Assembly: GCA_963703315.1 (NCBI GenBank)
Contig: OY969811.1
Coordinates: 1,472,001-1,536,000 of the forward strand
Length of the DNA: 64,000 bases
Source: an uncultured cyanobacterium
GTDB taxonomy: Bacteria > Cyanobacteriota > Cyanobacteriia > Pseudanabaenales > Pseudanabaenaceae
Direction: 5' to 3'
Translations under genes and position numbers: made by a program
Notes under the pieces: model-generated
Database searches by the model: none
What the model was told of the DNA's origin: nothing
The model's input: only the letters and a program-made list of their open reading frames with translations
Part shown: positions 56,238 through 64,000 of the stretch, piece after piece
Layout: each line of letters begins with the position of its first letter
How positions within the stretch are numbered: position 1 is the first letter of the stretch

Positions 56238-56690
56238 ATGCACATTCTCACACAACGATTATCTTCGCAAGCGAAACAACTATTTAATTTAGAATCTTTG
56301 CTGACGCTAGCTCTAGTTGCCGAAGATCGCACCCGTAGCCGTCATCGCTTTATGACTGTGGAAGGAGAAGAAGTCAATCTCCAACTTCAGAGAGGTACTG
56401 TCTTGAGAGAAGGAGATATTCTTGCCGATGAGCATGGTCAGGCGATCGCCAAAGTTGTCGCTAAGCCTGAACCAGTCTTAACCGTTACTACCCACCATGC
56501 CCTTGATTTTCTGCGTGCTGCCTATCATTTAGGTAATCGCCATATTTCTTTAGAAATTACCGAAAACTATTTGCGTCTATCCCCTGATTCCGTGTTAGAA
56601 GATATGGTTCGCAAAATGGGATTAAATGTGATCGAAGAAATCCAGCCCTTTCAACCTGAAACTGGTGCTTATCATCACCATGACCATTAA
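56238..56690 (+). CDS. ureE: Urease accessory protein UreE
   Basis: AAYHLGNRH, FQPETGAY, His-rich tail. Confidence 0.95.
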   Translation: MHILTQRLSSQAKQLFNLESLLTLALVAEDRTRSRHRFMTVEGEEVNLQLQRGTVLREGDILADEHGQAIAKVVAKPEPVLTVTTHHALDFLRAAYHLGNRHISLEITENYLRLSPDSVLEDMVRKMGLNVIEEIQPFQPETGAYHHHDH

Positions 56691-57426
56691 TCAAGATCCT
56701 TTACAGTTATTGAGACTGTTACAAATTACGAGTCCTGCCTTGCCTGTTGGGGCTTACAGCTATTCTGAAGGGATTGAATATCTCTGCAATCAAGGCACGA
56801 TTGGCAATGAATTAGACTTAAGTAATTGGCTCAGGCGCGAGATGCAATTTGGGTTTATCTCTAATGAAGCAGCGATCGCGCTTCGTGCTTATCGGACAGC
56901 TAAATCTGGAAATCTCGATAATCTGCTGTATTGGAATCATTGGCTATCAGCAACAAGGGAAACGGAAGAAGTCCGTCTTGCTAGTTGGCAGATGGGACAA
57001 TCTCTAATCAAGTTGTGGTGTCAGTTACCTGATCATTCTGATCCTTTTGTCCCCAGTTATCTATCTTTACCAAAATCAGATGTTATCCAAATTTTGCCAA
57101 CTTCTAAAGATAACTCTACAGGTCAGGGTTGTAACTATGCGATCGCCTTTGGAGTTGTGGCAGCAAGCTTAGCAATTGATGAAGAAAATACTATAGTTGG
57201 CTATATCTATAGCTGGTTGTCAAACCTAGTTAGTGCCGCCGTGAGAGCAGTTCCTTTTGGGCAAACCACTGGACAGCAGATTATCTTTCGTCTTAGTTCA
57301 GATATTTTACATAGTTCTCAAGTGGCACTGCATCGTAGAGATAATGAATTAGAATGGTGTGGCTGGGGGGCAAATTTAGCCTGTGCTAATCATGAGACTC
57401 AATATTCTCGGCTATTTCGTAGTTAG
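56680..57426 (+). CDS. ureF: Urease accessory protein UreF (start probably MTINQ at 56680)
   Basis: SPALPVGAYSYSEG, HETQYSRLFRS. Confidence 0.95.
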   Translation: MTINQDPLQLLRLLQITSPALPVGAYSYSEGIEYLCNQGTIGNELDLSNWLRREMQFGFISNEAAIALRAYRTAKSGNLDNLLYWNHWLSATRETEEVRLASWQMGQSLIKLWCQLPDHSDPFVPSYLSLPKSDVIQILPTSKDNSTGQGCNYAIAFGVVAASLAIDEENTIVGYIYSWLSNLVSAAVRAVPFGQTTGQQIIFRLSSDILHSSQVALHRRDNELEWCGWGANLACANHETQYSRLFRS

Positions 57427-57483
57427 AGAGTAAAAGTGATGATTTGCTGAACACTTTAACCTCAACCAATATCTAAGAAAAGT

Positions 57484-58329
57484 ATGGAAACTGAAAACCC
57501 TAAATTAGTTACTACAGAACAACTTTTCTTGTCTACAGTTGAGAGTTTAGAGCAGGAAATTAAAGCTTTGAAACTTCAAAATACCAGCTTAAAAGATCAG
57601 TTAACTGCACAAACTCTACAAGAAGAACAACTATTACAGACAAATTATGGTCTGCAATCTGAAATTGAAGCTTGCCAAAAGACAGAATCATACCTGCGAT
57701 CGCTGTTAGATCGATTATTGAGAGAAAAAGCTGATCTAGAGATTATTCTTGATACAACCACTGTCCATAGCGACACGATTGAAGCTTTGTTGTACGACAA
57801 GAATTTATCCCTTGCCCGTGAAGTAACCATTGATGGTTTAACGCAGATTGCAAATCGCCGTGCTTTTGATCAGAGGCTCGCCGTTGAATGGCAACGTCTG
57901 GCAAGAGATCAGAGTTCTCTTTCATTGTTGTTGTGTGATATTGATTGTTTTAAGCGCTACAACGATCGCTATGGACATTCGGCGGGAGATGATTGTTTGC
58001 GATCGGTAGCTAAGACAATTGAGTCTTGTATTCGTCGTCCTGCGGATCTTGCTTGTCGCTATGGTGGTGAGGAATTTGCAGTAATTTTACCCAATACTAA
58101 TCAGGATGGTGCAACTTTTATTGCGGAGCAAATTTGCCAAGCGATTACTAATTTGCAGATCTTGCACGAAGGTTCCTTTGTAGGAGATTACGTCTCAGTT
58201 AGCATTGGTATTTCTACAATTATTCCTGAGCGGAAGATGAATTCTAGAGTTCTCATAGAAGCCGCAGATAAAGGATTATATATGGCTAAAAATCAAGGAC
58301 GCGATCGCGCAGTATTCAGTAGTAACTAA
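57484..58329 (+). CDS. Diguanylate cyclase with N-terminal coiled coil
   Basis: DGLTQIANRR, RPAD I-site, RYGGEEF. Confidence 0.93.
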   Translation: METENPKLVTTEQLFLSTVESLEQEIKALKLQNTSLKDQLTAQTLQEEQLLQTNYGLQSEIEACQKTESYLRSLLDRLLREKADLEIILDTTTVHSDTIEALLYDKNLSLAREVTIDGLTQIANRRAFDQRLAVEWQRLARDQSSLSLLLCDIDCFKRYNDRYGHSAGDDCLRSVAKTIESCIRRPADLACRYGGEEFAVILPNTNQDGATFIAEQICQAITNLQILHEGSFVGDYVSVSIGISTIIPERKMNSRVLIEAADKGLYMAKNQGRDRAVFSSN

Positions 58330-58355
58330 GCGAATGCACTTTGCACATTCGCTTA
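58327..58355. repeat. Degenerate palindrome starting at the GGDEF gene stop codon
   Basis: TAAGCGAATGCAC-TTT-GCACATTCGCTTA. Confidence 0.65.
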
Positions 58356-58359
58356 CCGT

Positions 58360-59373
58360 TTATTTGGAAGCGATCGCCTTTTCGATCTTGACCTCATTAA
58401 CACAAGTACGATTTTGCTCAAAATCTGTAATATTGGCAAGCGTAGTTTCCGCGATATTCGCTAAAGCATGACTGGTAAAAAATGCTTGATGTCCCGTCAC
58501 AATCACATTCGGGAACGTTAATAAACGTTGAAAAGTATCATCCTGAATCACTTCATTGGATAAATCCTCAAAAAACAAATCCGCTTCCTGCTCGTATACA
58601 TCAATACCGAGATAGCCGATCGCACCAGATTTCAAGCCATCGATCGCCGCCTGTGTATCAATCAAGCCACCACGACTGGTATTAATTAACATCGCCCCTG
58701 TTTTCAGTTGGGCGATCGCTTCCGCATTAATTAAATGATGAGAATCGGGTGTAAGCGGACAATGGAGGGAAATGATATCGGCATTAGCTAAGATTTCAGG
58801 AATTGATACATACTCCATTCCTAAATCTAAACAAGTAGGATTGTGATAGACATCATAGCCCAATAATTTGCAACCAAAGCCCCGCATAATTTGAGCAAAA
58901 ATTGCACCAATGCGCCCTGTTCCAATCACCCCAACCGTCGCACCATGCAGATCAAAACCCAATAATCCTTCAATTGAAAAATTTCCTTCTCTAACGCGGT
59001 TATAGGCACGATGTACGTTGCGATTGAGCGATAGAATCAGGGCAACGGCGTGTTCTGCAACGGCGTAGGGTGAATAGGCAGGAACGCGGACGATCATCAT
59101 GCCGAGTTTGGCGGCGGCAGCTAAGTCTACATGGTTGAAACCTGCCGATCGCAAAGCAATTAACTGCGTACCACCTTTAGCCAAAGTCTCTAACATTTCG
59201 GCATCTAAATAGTCATTGATAAATATACAAACTGCGGGAAACCCTACGGCAAGGGAAACCGTTTCATGGCTGAGGTGACATTCAAAAAAGACTACTTCAT
59301 GCTGATGTTGATCGTTAGCCGTATTAAAAGATTGGCGATCGTAGGATTTGGTATTAAAAAAGGCAACTTTCAT
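58360..59373 (-). CDS. ldhA: D-lactate dehydrogenase (2-hydroxyacid dehydrogenase)
   Basis: [38 protein letters not shown]. Confidence 0.9.
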   Translation of the reverse strand: MKVAFFNTKSYDRQSFNTANDQHQHEVVFFECHLSHETVSLAVGFPAVCIFINDYLDAEMLETLAKGGTQLIALRSAGFNHVDLAAAAKLGMMIVRVPAYSPYAVAEHAVALILSLNRNVHRAYNRVREGNFSIEGLLGFDLHGATVGVIGTGRIGAIFAQIMRGFGCKLLGYDVYHNPTCLDLGMEYVSIPEILANADIISLHCPLTPDSHHLINAEAIAQLKTGAMLINTSRGGLIDTQAAIDGLKSGAIGYLGIDVYEQEADLFFEDLSNEVIQDDTFQRLLTFPNVIVTGHQAFFTSHALANIAETTLANITDFEQNRTCVNEVKIEKAIASK

Positions 59374-59398
59374 AATTAACTTGATAGAAATTTTTCTC

Positions 59399-59437
59399 CA
59401 AATAATAAAGGCTCGCTTAGCGAGCCTTTATTATTTG
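59399..59437. terminator. Palindrome/terminator downstream of glgP
   Basis: CAAATAATAAAGGCTCGC-TTA-GCGAGCCTTTATTATTTG. Confidence 0.75.
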
Positions 59438-59448
59438 TGTTTTAACGA

Positions 59449-61983
59449 TTAAGCGTTAACATTAAGCGTAGCTTTAGCAGGATCATAGGGCTGTAGCTCT
59501 ACCTTGACAGGCTTAACGTGCCAGATCTCATCACAGTATTCCTTAATCGTGCGATCGGAAGAGAACTTGCCAGAACGCGCCACATTGAGAATACTCTTAG
59601 TTGTCCAAGTGTCAACATTTTTGTATGCTTCACTAACTTGAGTCTGAGCATCTGAGTATGCTTGGTAATCAGCCAATAGCAAATATTCATCATGATGCAG
59701 TAGCGAATCCACTAGAGGCTTAAACAAGTCCTTATCTCCAGGGGAGAAATATCCTAAAGCAAGGCGATCGAGAACATTGCGAAGTTCTTCATTCTTCTCG
59801 TAATAGGAGTAAGGATTGTAGCCGTCAGACTTGAGCTTCTCAACTTCGGCAGCAGTCAAGCCAAAGAGAAAGAAATTATCTTCACCAACTTCTTCACGAA
59901 TTTCGATATTAGCTCCATCGAGAGTACCAATAGTCAAGGCTCCATTCATCGTGAATTTCATGTTGCCAGTACCAGAAGCTTCCTTACCTGCGGTGGAGAT
60001 TTGCTCCGACAGGTCAGCCGCAGGATAAATCAATTGACCAAGAGAAGCACTAAAGTTAGCCAAAAAGACGACTTTAATCCGACCCTGTACGTCGGGATCA
60101 CGATTGACCACATCGGCAACAGCATTAATCGCCTTGATAATTAACTTCGCAGTGAAATACCCAGGGGCAGCCTTACCGCCAAAGATAAAGGTACGGGGAA
60201 CAATGTCAATGTTGGGATTTTGCTTAATGCGAAGGTAAAGCGCGATGATATGCAATAGATCAAGATGTTGACGCTTGTACTCATGGATACGCTTGACTTG
60301 AATATCAAAAATTGAGTTGACATCCACATCCACGCCATTGTGAGTACGGATGTAATCGGCAAGTCTTTGCTTGTTGGCGGTTTTAATCTGCCTCCAGCGA
60401 TCGCGAAAATCTTTGTCATCAATAAAGGCTTCTAGCTTCCGTAGTTCATCTAGATGCTTGAGCCAAGTGTCACCAATTTTTTCGGTGATTAAGCCAGACA
60501 AAGCAGGATTAGCCAGCAATACCCAACGGCGAGGTGTAACTCCATTAGTTTTGTTATTAAACTTCTCTGGAGAAAGCTTGTAGAAATCACTCAATACATC
60601 CTGCTTGAGCAGTTCGCTATGGAGTGCAGCAACGCCATTTACAGCGTGACTACCGATGGTTGCGAGGTTTGCCATGCGGACTTTGCGCTCACCACTTTCT
60701 TCAATAATCGATAGACGTGATAGCAAATCTTCATCATCAGGATACCAAGTCTGTACGTCTTGTAAAAAGCGATGATTGATTTCGTAAATGATTTCCAAAT
60801 GCCTTGGCAATAGGAGTTCAAATAGAGGCACACCCCATTTTTCTAGTGCTTCAGGCAGGAGAGTGTGGTTGGTATAGGCAAAGGTGCTTTGGGTAATGCG
60901 CCATGCTTCATCCCAGAACATATGATGATCATCTACCAACAAACGCATCATTTCGGCAATGCTGATGGCAGGGTGAGTGTCATTTAGCTGAACAGCGGCA
61001 TGATCAGCAAGGTTGTCTAAACGACCATACTTTTTGAGATGGCGACGAATGATGTCTTGCAGTGAGCAAGATACAAAGAAGAACTGCTGCTCTAGGCGCA
61101 ATTGACGACCTTGAGGGGTGTTGTCGTTGGGATAGAGAACCTTAGAAATGGTTTCCGATTTGATCTTAGTTGCTACCGCGCCGTCATAGTCACCAGAGTT
61201 GAAGGCTTGGAAGTTAAAGTCTTCGCCTGCTTCTGCTTTCCAGAGACGGAGGGTGTTAACAGTATTAGTCTGATATCCAGGGACTGGAGTATCGTGGGGA
61301 ATACCTTCAACGGTAAAGCTGGGAATCCAACGGGTATGGGGACGACCGCGATCATCGTTATAAATTTCTGTATGTCCACCAAATTTGACTTGGACAGTGG
61401 ACTCATAGCGCACCACTTCCCAAGGATTGCCACAACGTAGCCATTTGTCGGGGATCTCCACCTGCCAACCATGTTGAATCGACTGGTTGAAAATTCCAAA
61501 TTCGTAGCGAATACCGTAGCCCATCGCAGGAATTTCTAGAGTTGCAAGGGAATCAAGGAAACAAGCCGCTAAACGTCCTAAGCCGCCGTTACCTAAGCCG
61601 GGATCGGGTTCTTGCTCGAGGATTTCGGTGAGATCTAGTCCTGACTCTTTGACAGCTTGCGCGATCGCTTCGTACAAGTCCAAATTAATTAAGCTATTAC
61701 CTAAATGTCGCCCCATCAAAAATTCGGCGGAAAGGTAGTAAACGGTTTTGATATCTTCTTCGTGGTAGACCTTGAGTGTTTGTAGCCAACGTTGCAATAG
61801 GCGATCGCGTGTGGTGTACGACAGCGCCATGTAATAGTCGGTAAAGTTTGCAAGGATCGCAAGTTTGCCTTGTATGTAGAACAGGTTGTCAGCGAAAGCT
61901 CTCTTGAGAGTTTCGATACTTAAACCTGTGCGATCGTCTTCTACCGTAATATTGCTGGTTTGATTAGCAACATTTGTTTGCAT
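59449..61983 (-). CDS. glgP: Glycogen phosphorylase
   Basis: GLGNGGLGRLAACF, QLNDTHP, KRIHEYKRQ, EASGTGNMK (PLP lysine). Confidence 0.97.
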   Translation of the reverse strand: MQTNVANQTSNITVEDDRTGLSIETLKRAFADNLFYIQGKLAILANFTDYYMALSYTTRDRLLQRWLQTLKVYHEEDIKTVYYLSAEFLMGRHLGNSLINLDLYEAIAQAVKESGLDLTEILEQEPDPGLGNGGLGRLAACFLDSLATLEIPAMGYGIRYEFGIFNQSIQHGWQVEIPDKWLRCGNPWEVVRYESTVQVKFGGHTEIYNDDRGRPHTRWIPSFTVEGIPHDTPVPGYQTNTVNTLRLWKAEAGEDFNFQAFNSGDYDGAVATKIKSETISKVLYPNDNTPQGRQLRLEQQFFFVSCSLQDIIRRHLKKYGRLDNLADHAAVQLNDTHPAISIAEMMRLLVDDHHMFWDEAWRITQSTFAYTNHTLLPEALEKWGVPLFELLLPRHLEIIYEINHRFLQDVQTWYPDDEDLLSRLSIIEESGERKVRMANLATIGSHAVNGVAALHSELLKQDVLSDFYKLSPEKFNNKTNGVTPRRWVLLANPALSGLITEKIGDTWLKHLDELRKLEAFIDDKDFRDRWRQIKTANKQRLADYIRTHNGVDVDVNSIFDIQVKRIHEYKRQHLDLLHIIALYLRIKQNPNIDIVPRTFIFGGKAAPGYFTAKLIIKAINAVADVVNRDPDVQGRIKVVFLANFSASLGQLIYPAADLSEQISTAGKEASGTGNMKFTMNGALTIGTLDGANIEIREEVGEDNFFLFGLTAAEVEKLKSDGYNPYSYYEKNEELRNVLDRLALGYFSPGDKDLFKPLVDSLLHHDEYLLLADYQAYSDAQTQVSEAYKNVDTWTTKSILNVARSGKFSSDRTIKEYCDEIWHVKPVKVELQPYDPAKATLNVNA

Positions 61984-62241
61984 AGAATTATTCCTGAATA
62001 GTTACTTGGTCTTAATGCCGTTCTGCTGACCCTAAGGCTGAGGGTAATGCCCCTGTCCTATCCAAGCATAAACTTTGAGATGTTGGGTATTTATTAACTG
62101 ATAATTTATGTTTGCACAGGGAAATATTTATGGTTCCCTGACATTAGCTGTGATTTTCATGAAAAATTTGATACAATAAAGACTTTTTCATGAAAATTAC
62201 GATCGCACCTAAGTTTTTGTTGAGCCATAGTCCAAACTCAC

Positions 62242-62284
62242 CCCCGTTAAAGTTGCGCCCCTGCGGGGCGTAACTTTAACGGGG
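62242..62284. repeat. GC-core palindrome
   Basis: CCCCGTTAAAGTTGCGCCCC-TGC-GGGGCGTAACTTTAACGGGG. Confidence 0.85.
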
Positions 62285-62314
62285 TGGATAATTTATTTTG
62301 TGCAACTACGCTGA

Positions 62315-62420
62315 TATAGCAAAGCAATAGTTAACTAAAATCCAAGAAGAGAGTTGCGGCGCTCCGCGCCGCAACTCTCTTCTTGGATTTTGTGTCCTAA
62401 GCAAAACTTTTTTTGCTATA
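62315..62420. mobile_element. MITE-like element, family C (complete)
   Basis: TATAGCAAAG...AAAATCCAAGAAGAGAGTTGCGGCGC-TCC-GCGCCGCAACTCTCTTCTTGGATTTT...TTTGCTATA. Confidence 0.8.
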
Positions 62421-62552
62421 TCACGAGCGAAATGTGGTTTTAAGTAGGGTAAACAACTTTTCGCTAGATTTTGACTATTTTTAGTCATAAATGATGGATG
62501 ACAAAACTCTTTGAATAACGTACATTATTCAAAGAGTTTTTTGGTTTTCACT

Positions 62553-63134
62553 ATGACTCATCTTTCTGATGCTTCCGATCCCATCTTGTTGTTGTCAGCA
62601 TCTAAGGCTCGTTCGTTTGGTATTGCTACTCACAGCGAAGGCGATCGCCAAAATTATTCCGAGTTTTTTACAGTTTGGTTAATGCTCTGCTCAAGACTTG
62701 ATGCCTTGAGCCACGATTGGAAGGTGAGTTTTTCCGATCCTGTGGCGGTGTCGGACTACATCACGATGCGTTGTTCACTGACGATTGATCGGGTTACCCG
62801 TGAGGCGACAGGCAGTGATAAAGGCTGTTTGATTCAGGTGGGTGAGGCAACAATAGGAGTCCATGCTCCCGAAAGAGCCATGCTTAACTCGTTTTGTAAT
62901 GCTGCTGCTCAATTTGGTGTGCTTTTGCCCTTTGCAAGGCTACGCACCAAGAAACCTCCAGACAACCGCGAAGATTTGATGGAAGTGGTCAAGATCCTGC
63001 GTCAGATGCAGCGCAAGCACAAAAGCTTTACGGTATTTGGTTGGAATTTACAGCCCTTTATAAATAATTCTGCCAATACTTCAGTAAATGTCTCTGCTAA
63101 GGCTCAACGCGATCGCCACCTAAAGCAAACATAA
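62553..63134 (+). CDS. Divergent Rad52/Rad22-like (single-strand annealing fold) protein
   Basis: RLD.....W......C.LTI..VTREATG...A...A...F..AAAQFG pattern; start taken at ATG 62553. Confidence 0.55.
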   Translation: MTHLSDASDPILLLSASKARSFGIATHSEGDRQNYSEFFTVWLMLCSRLDALSHDWKVSFSDPVAVSDYITMRCSLTIDRVTREATGSDKGCLIQVGEATIGVHAPERAMLNSFCNAAAQFGVLLPFARLRTKKPPDNREDLMEVVKILRQMQRKHKSFTVFGWNLQPFINNSANTSVNVSAKAQRDRHLKQT

Positions 63135-63186
63135 AGATGAGGCTTAGCTACGCTTCATACTATTGAAATCATTGCAAATTGCTATA

Positions 63187-63227
63187 CAAAAGTAGAGAGC
63201 GGGACAGAGTGTCGCTCTCTACTTTTG
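63187..63227. repeat. Degenerate palindrome overlapping 11-bp direct repeats TTGCTATACAA at each end
   Basis: CAAAAGTAGAGAGCG...CGCTCTCTACTTTTG; TTGCTATACAA at 63179-63189 and 63225-63235. Confidence 0.6.
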
Positions 63228-63264
63228 CTATACAATTGCCATAGCAACAATATAAGAATTAAGT

Positions 63265-64000
63265 ATGGATACAGCAAGTCTCAATGCTCTACTCAATAGC
63301 GGCGCGATTTTGCCAGAACTAATTGTCATTGGGACATTGGTACTTGTATTGATCGTCGATCTGATTGCATCGGGACGCAAGTCTGCCAATGTCCTCCCCT
63401 ATATCGCGATCGCTGGTTTAGCCGTCTCCACTGCCGCCCTTGTATGGCAATGGACAGGCTTAGAAAATCCGATCGCTTTTTTAGGCAGTTTTAATAGTGA
63501 CAAACTCAGCATTATTTTTCGTGGCATTATTGCCCTATCGGCTCTATTTACAATTCTCGTTTCGGTACGTTATTTAGAGCAGTCGGGCGTAGTGGTTGGC
63601 GAATATCTCGTAATTTTGCTCAGTGCTACTCTCGGCGGGATGTTCCTCACTGGCTCCGATGAAATGGTGATGGTATTTGTCTCCCTTGAAACTCTGAGTA
63701 TTTCGTCATACTTGCTATCAGGTTATACCAAACGCGATCCACGCTCCAATGAAGCGGCGCTCAAATATTTATTAGTCGGTGCAGCAAGCTCGGCGATTTT
63801 CCTTTACGGGATGTCCTTGCTCTACGGACTCTCTGGTGGCGAAACTTCACTAGCGGCGATCGCCTCAAAGATTACCGTTAGCAACACAGCCCTAATTATC
63901 TCGATGGTATTTGTGATTGCAGGGGTTTCCTTCAAGCTCTCGGCAGTACCTTTTCACCAATGGACTCCTGACGTATACGAAGGATCACCAACACCTGTAG
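63265..64000 (+). CDS. ndhB: NAD(P)H-quinone oxidoreductase subunit 2 (runs off the window end)
   Basis: Manual translation [18 protein letters not shown]...[10 protein letters not shown]...[23 protein letters not shown]. Confidence 0.95.
   Translation, partial: MDTASLNALLNSGAILPELIVIGTLVLVLIVDLIASGRKSANVLPYIAIAGLAVSTAALVWQWTGLENPIAFLGSFNSDKLSIIFRGIIALSALFTILVSVRYLEQSGVVVGEYLVILLSATLGGMFLTGSDEMVMVFVSLETLSISSYLLSGYTKRDPRSNEAALKYLLVGAASSAIFLYGMSLLYGLSGGETSLAAIASKITVSNTALIISMVFVIAGVSFKLSAVPFHQWTPDVYEGSPTPV

Noticed and set aside
62515..62532. LexA box upstream of the Rad52-like gene
   Set aside because: CGTACATTATTC does not fit the spacing of the cyanobacterial RGTAC-N3-DGTWC consensus
1..64000. 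GCGATCGC over-representation as a novel repeat
   Set aside because: This is the well-known cyanobacterial HIP1 octamer; used only as a taxonomic and residence marker

Overview
Chromosomal segment of a cyanobacterium. HIP1 GCGATCGC octamers are dense; gene content and repeat style suggest a Pseudanabaena-like genome (inference). It carries about 55 genes, mostly core: kdpD-like (partial), a P-type ATPase, aat, clpB, guaB, livM/livG, rplI, pdxA, dnaA, a class I lysyl-tRNA synthetase, gloB, tRNA-Gln(UUG), a sugar-phosphate nucleotidyltransferase, pyrF, def, two crcB, bestrophin, urtABCDE, two c-di-GMP enzymes, a TPR-CHAT protein, ureGEF, ldhA, glgP and ndhB (partial). Two small accessory patches lie just downstream of Uma2-family genes and contain intact and decayed toxin-antitoxin modules and a HEPN-motif protein. 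The non-coding DNA is the most informative part. (1) The 1.1 kb aat-clpB spacer holds two diverged units at a 345-bp period, each with a promoter motif, a covarying 5' hairpin and a covarying terminator, which suggests a pair of unannotated paralogous sRNA genes. (2) Most intergenic gaps contain GC-core palindromic elements or MITEs of several families that nest in each other, form a chimera, overlap stop codons and keep both arms complementary while diverging between copies. All family assignments come from motif recognition only; no database searches were run.
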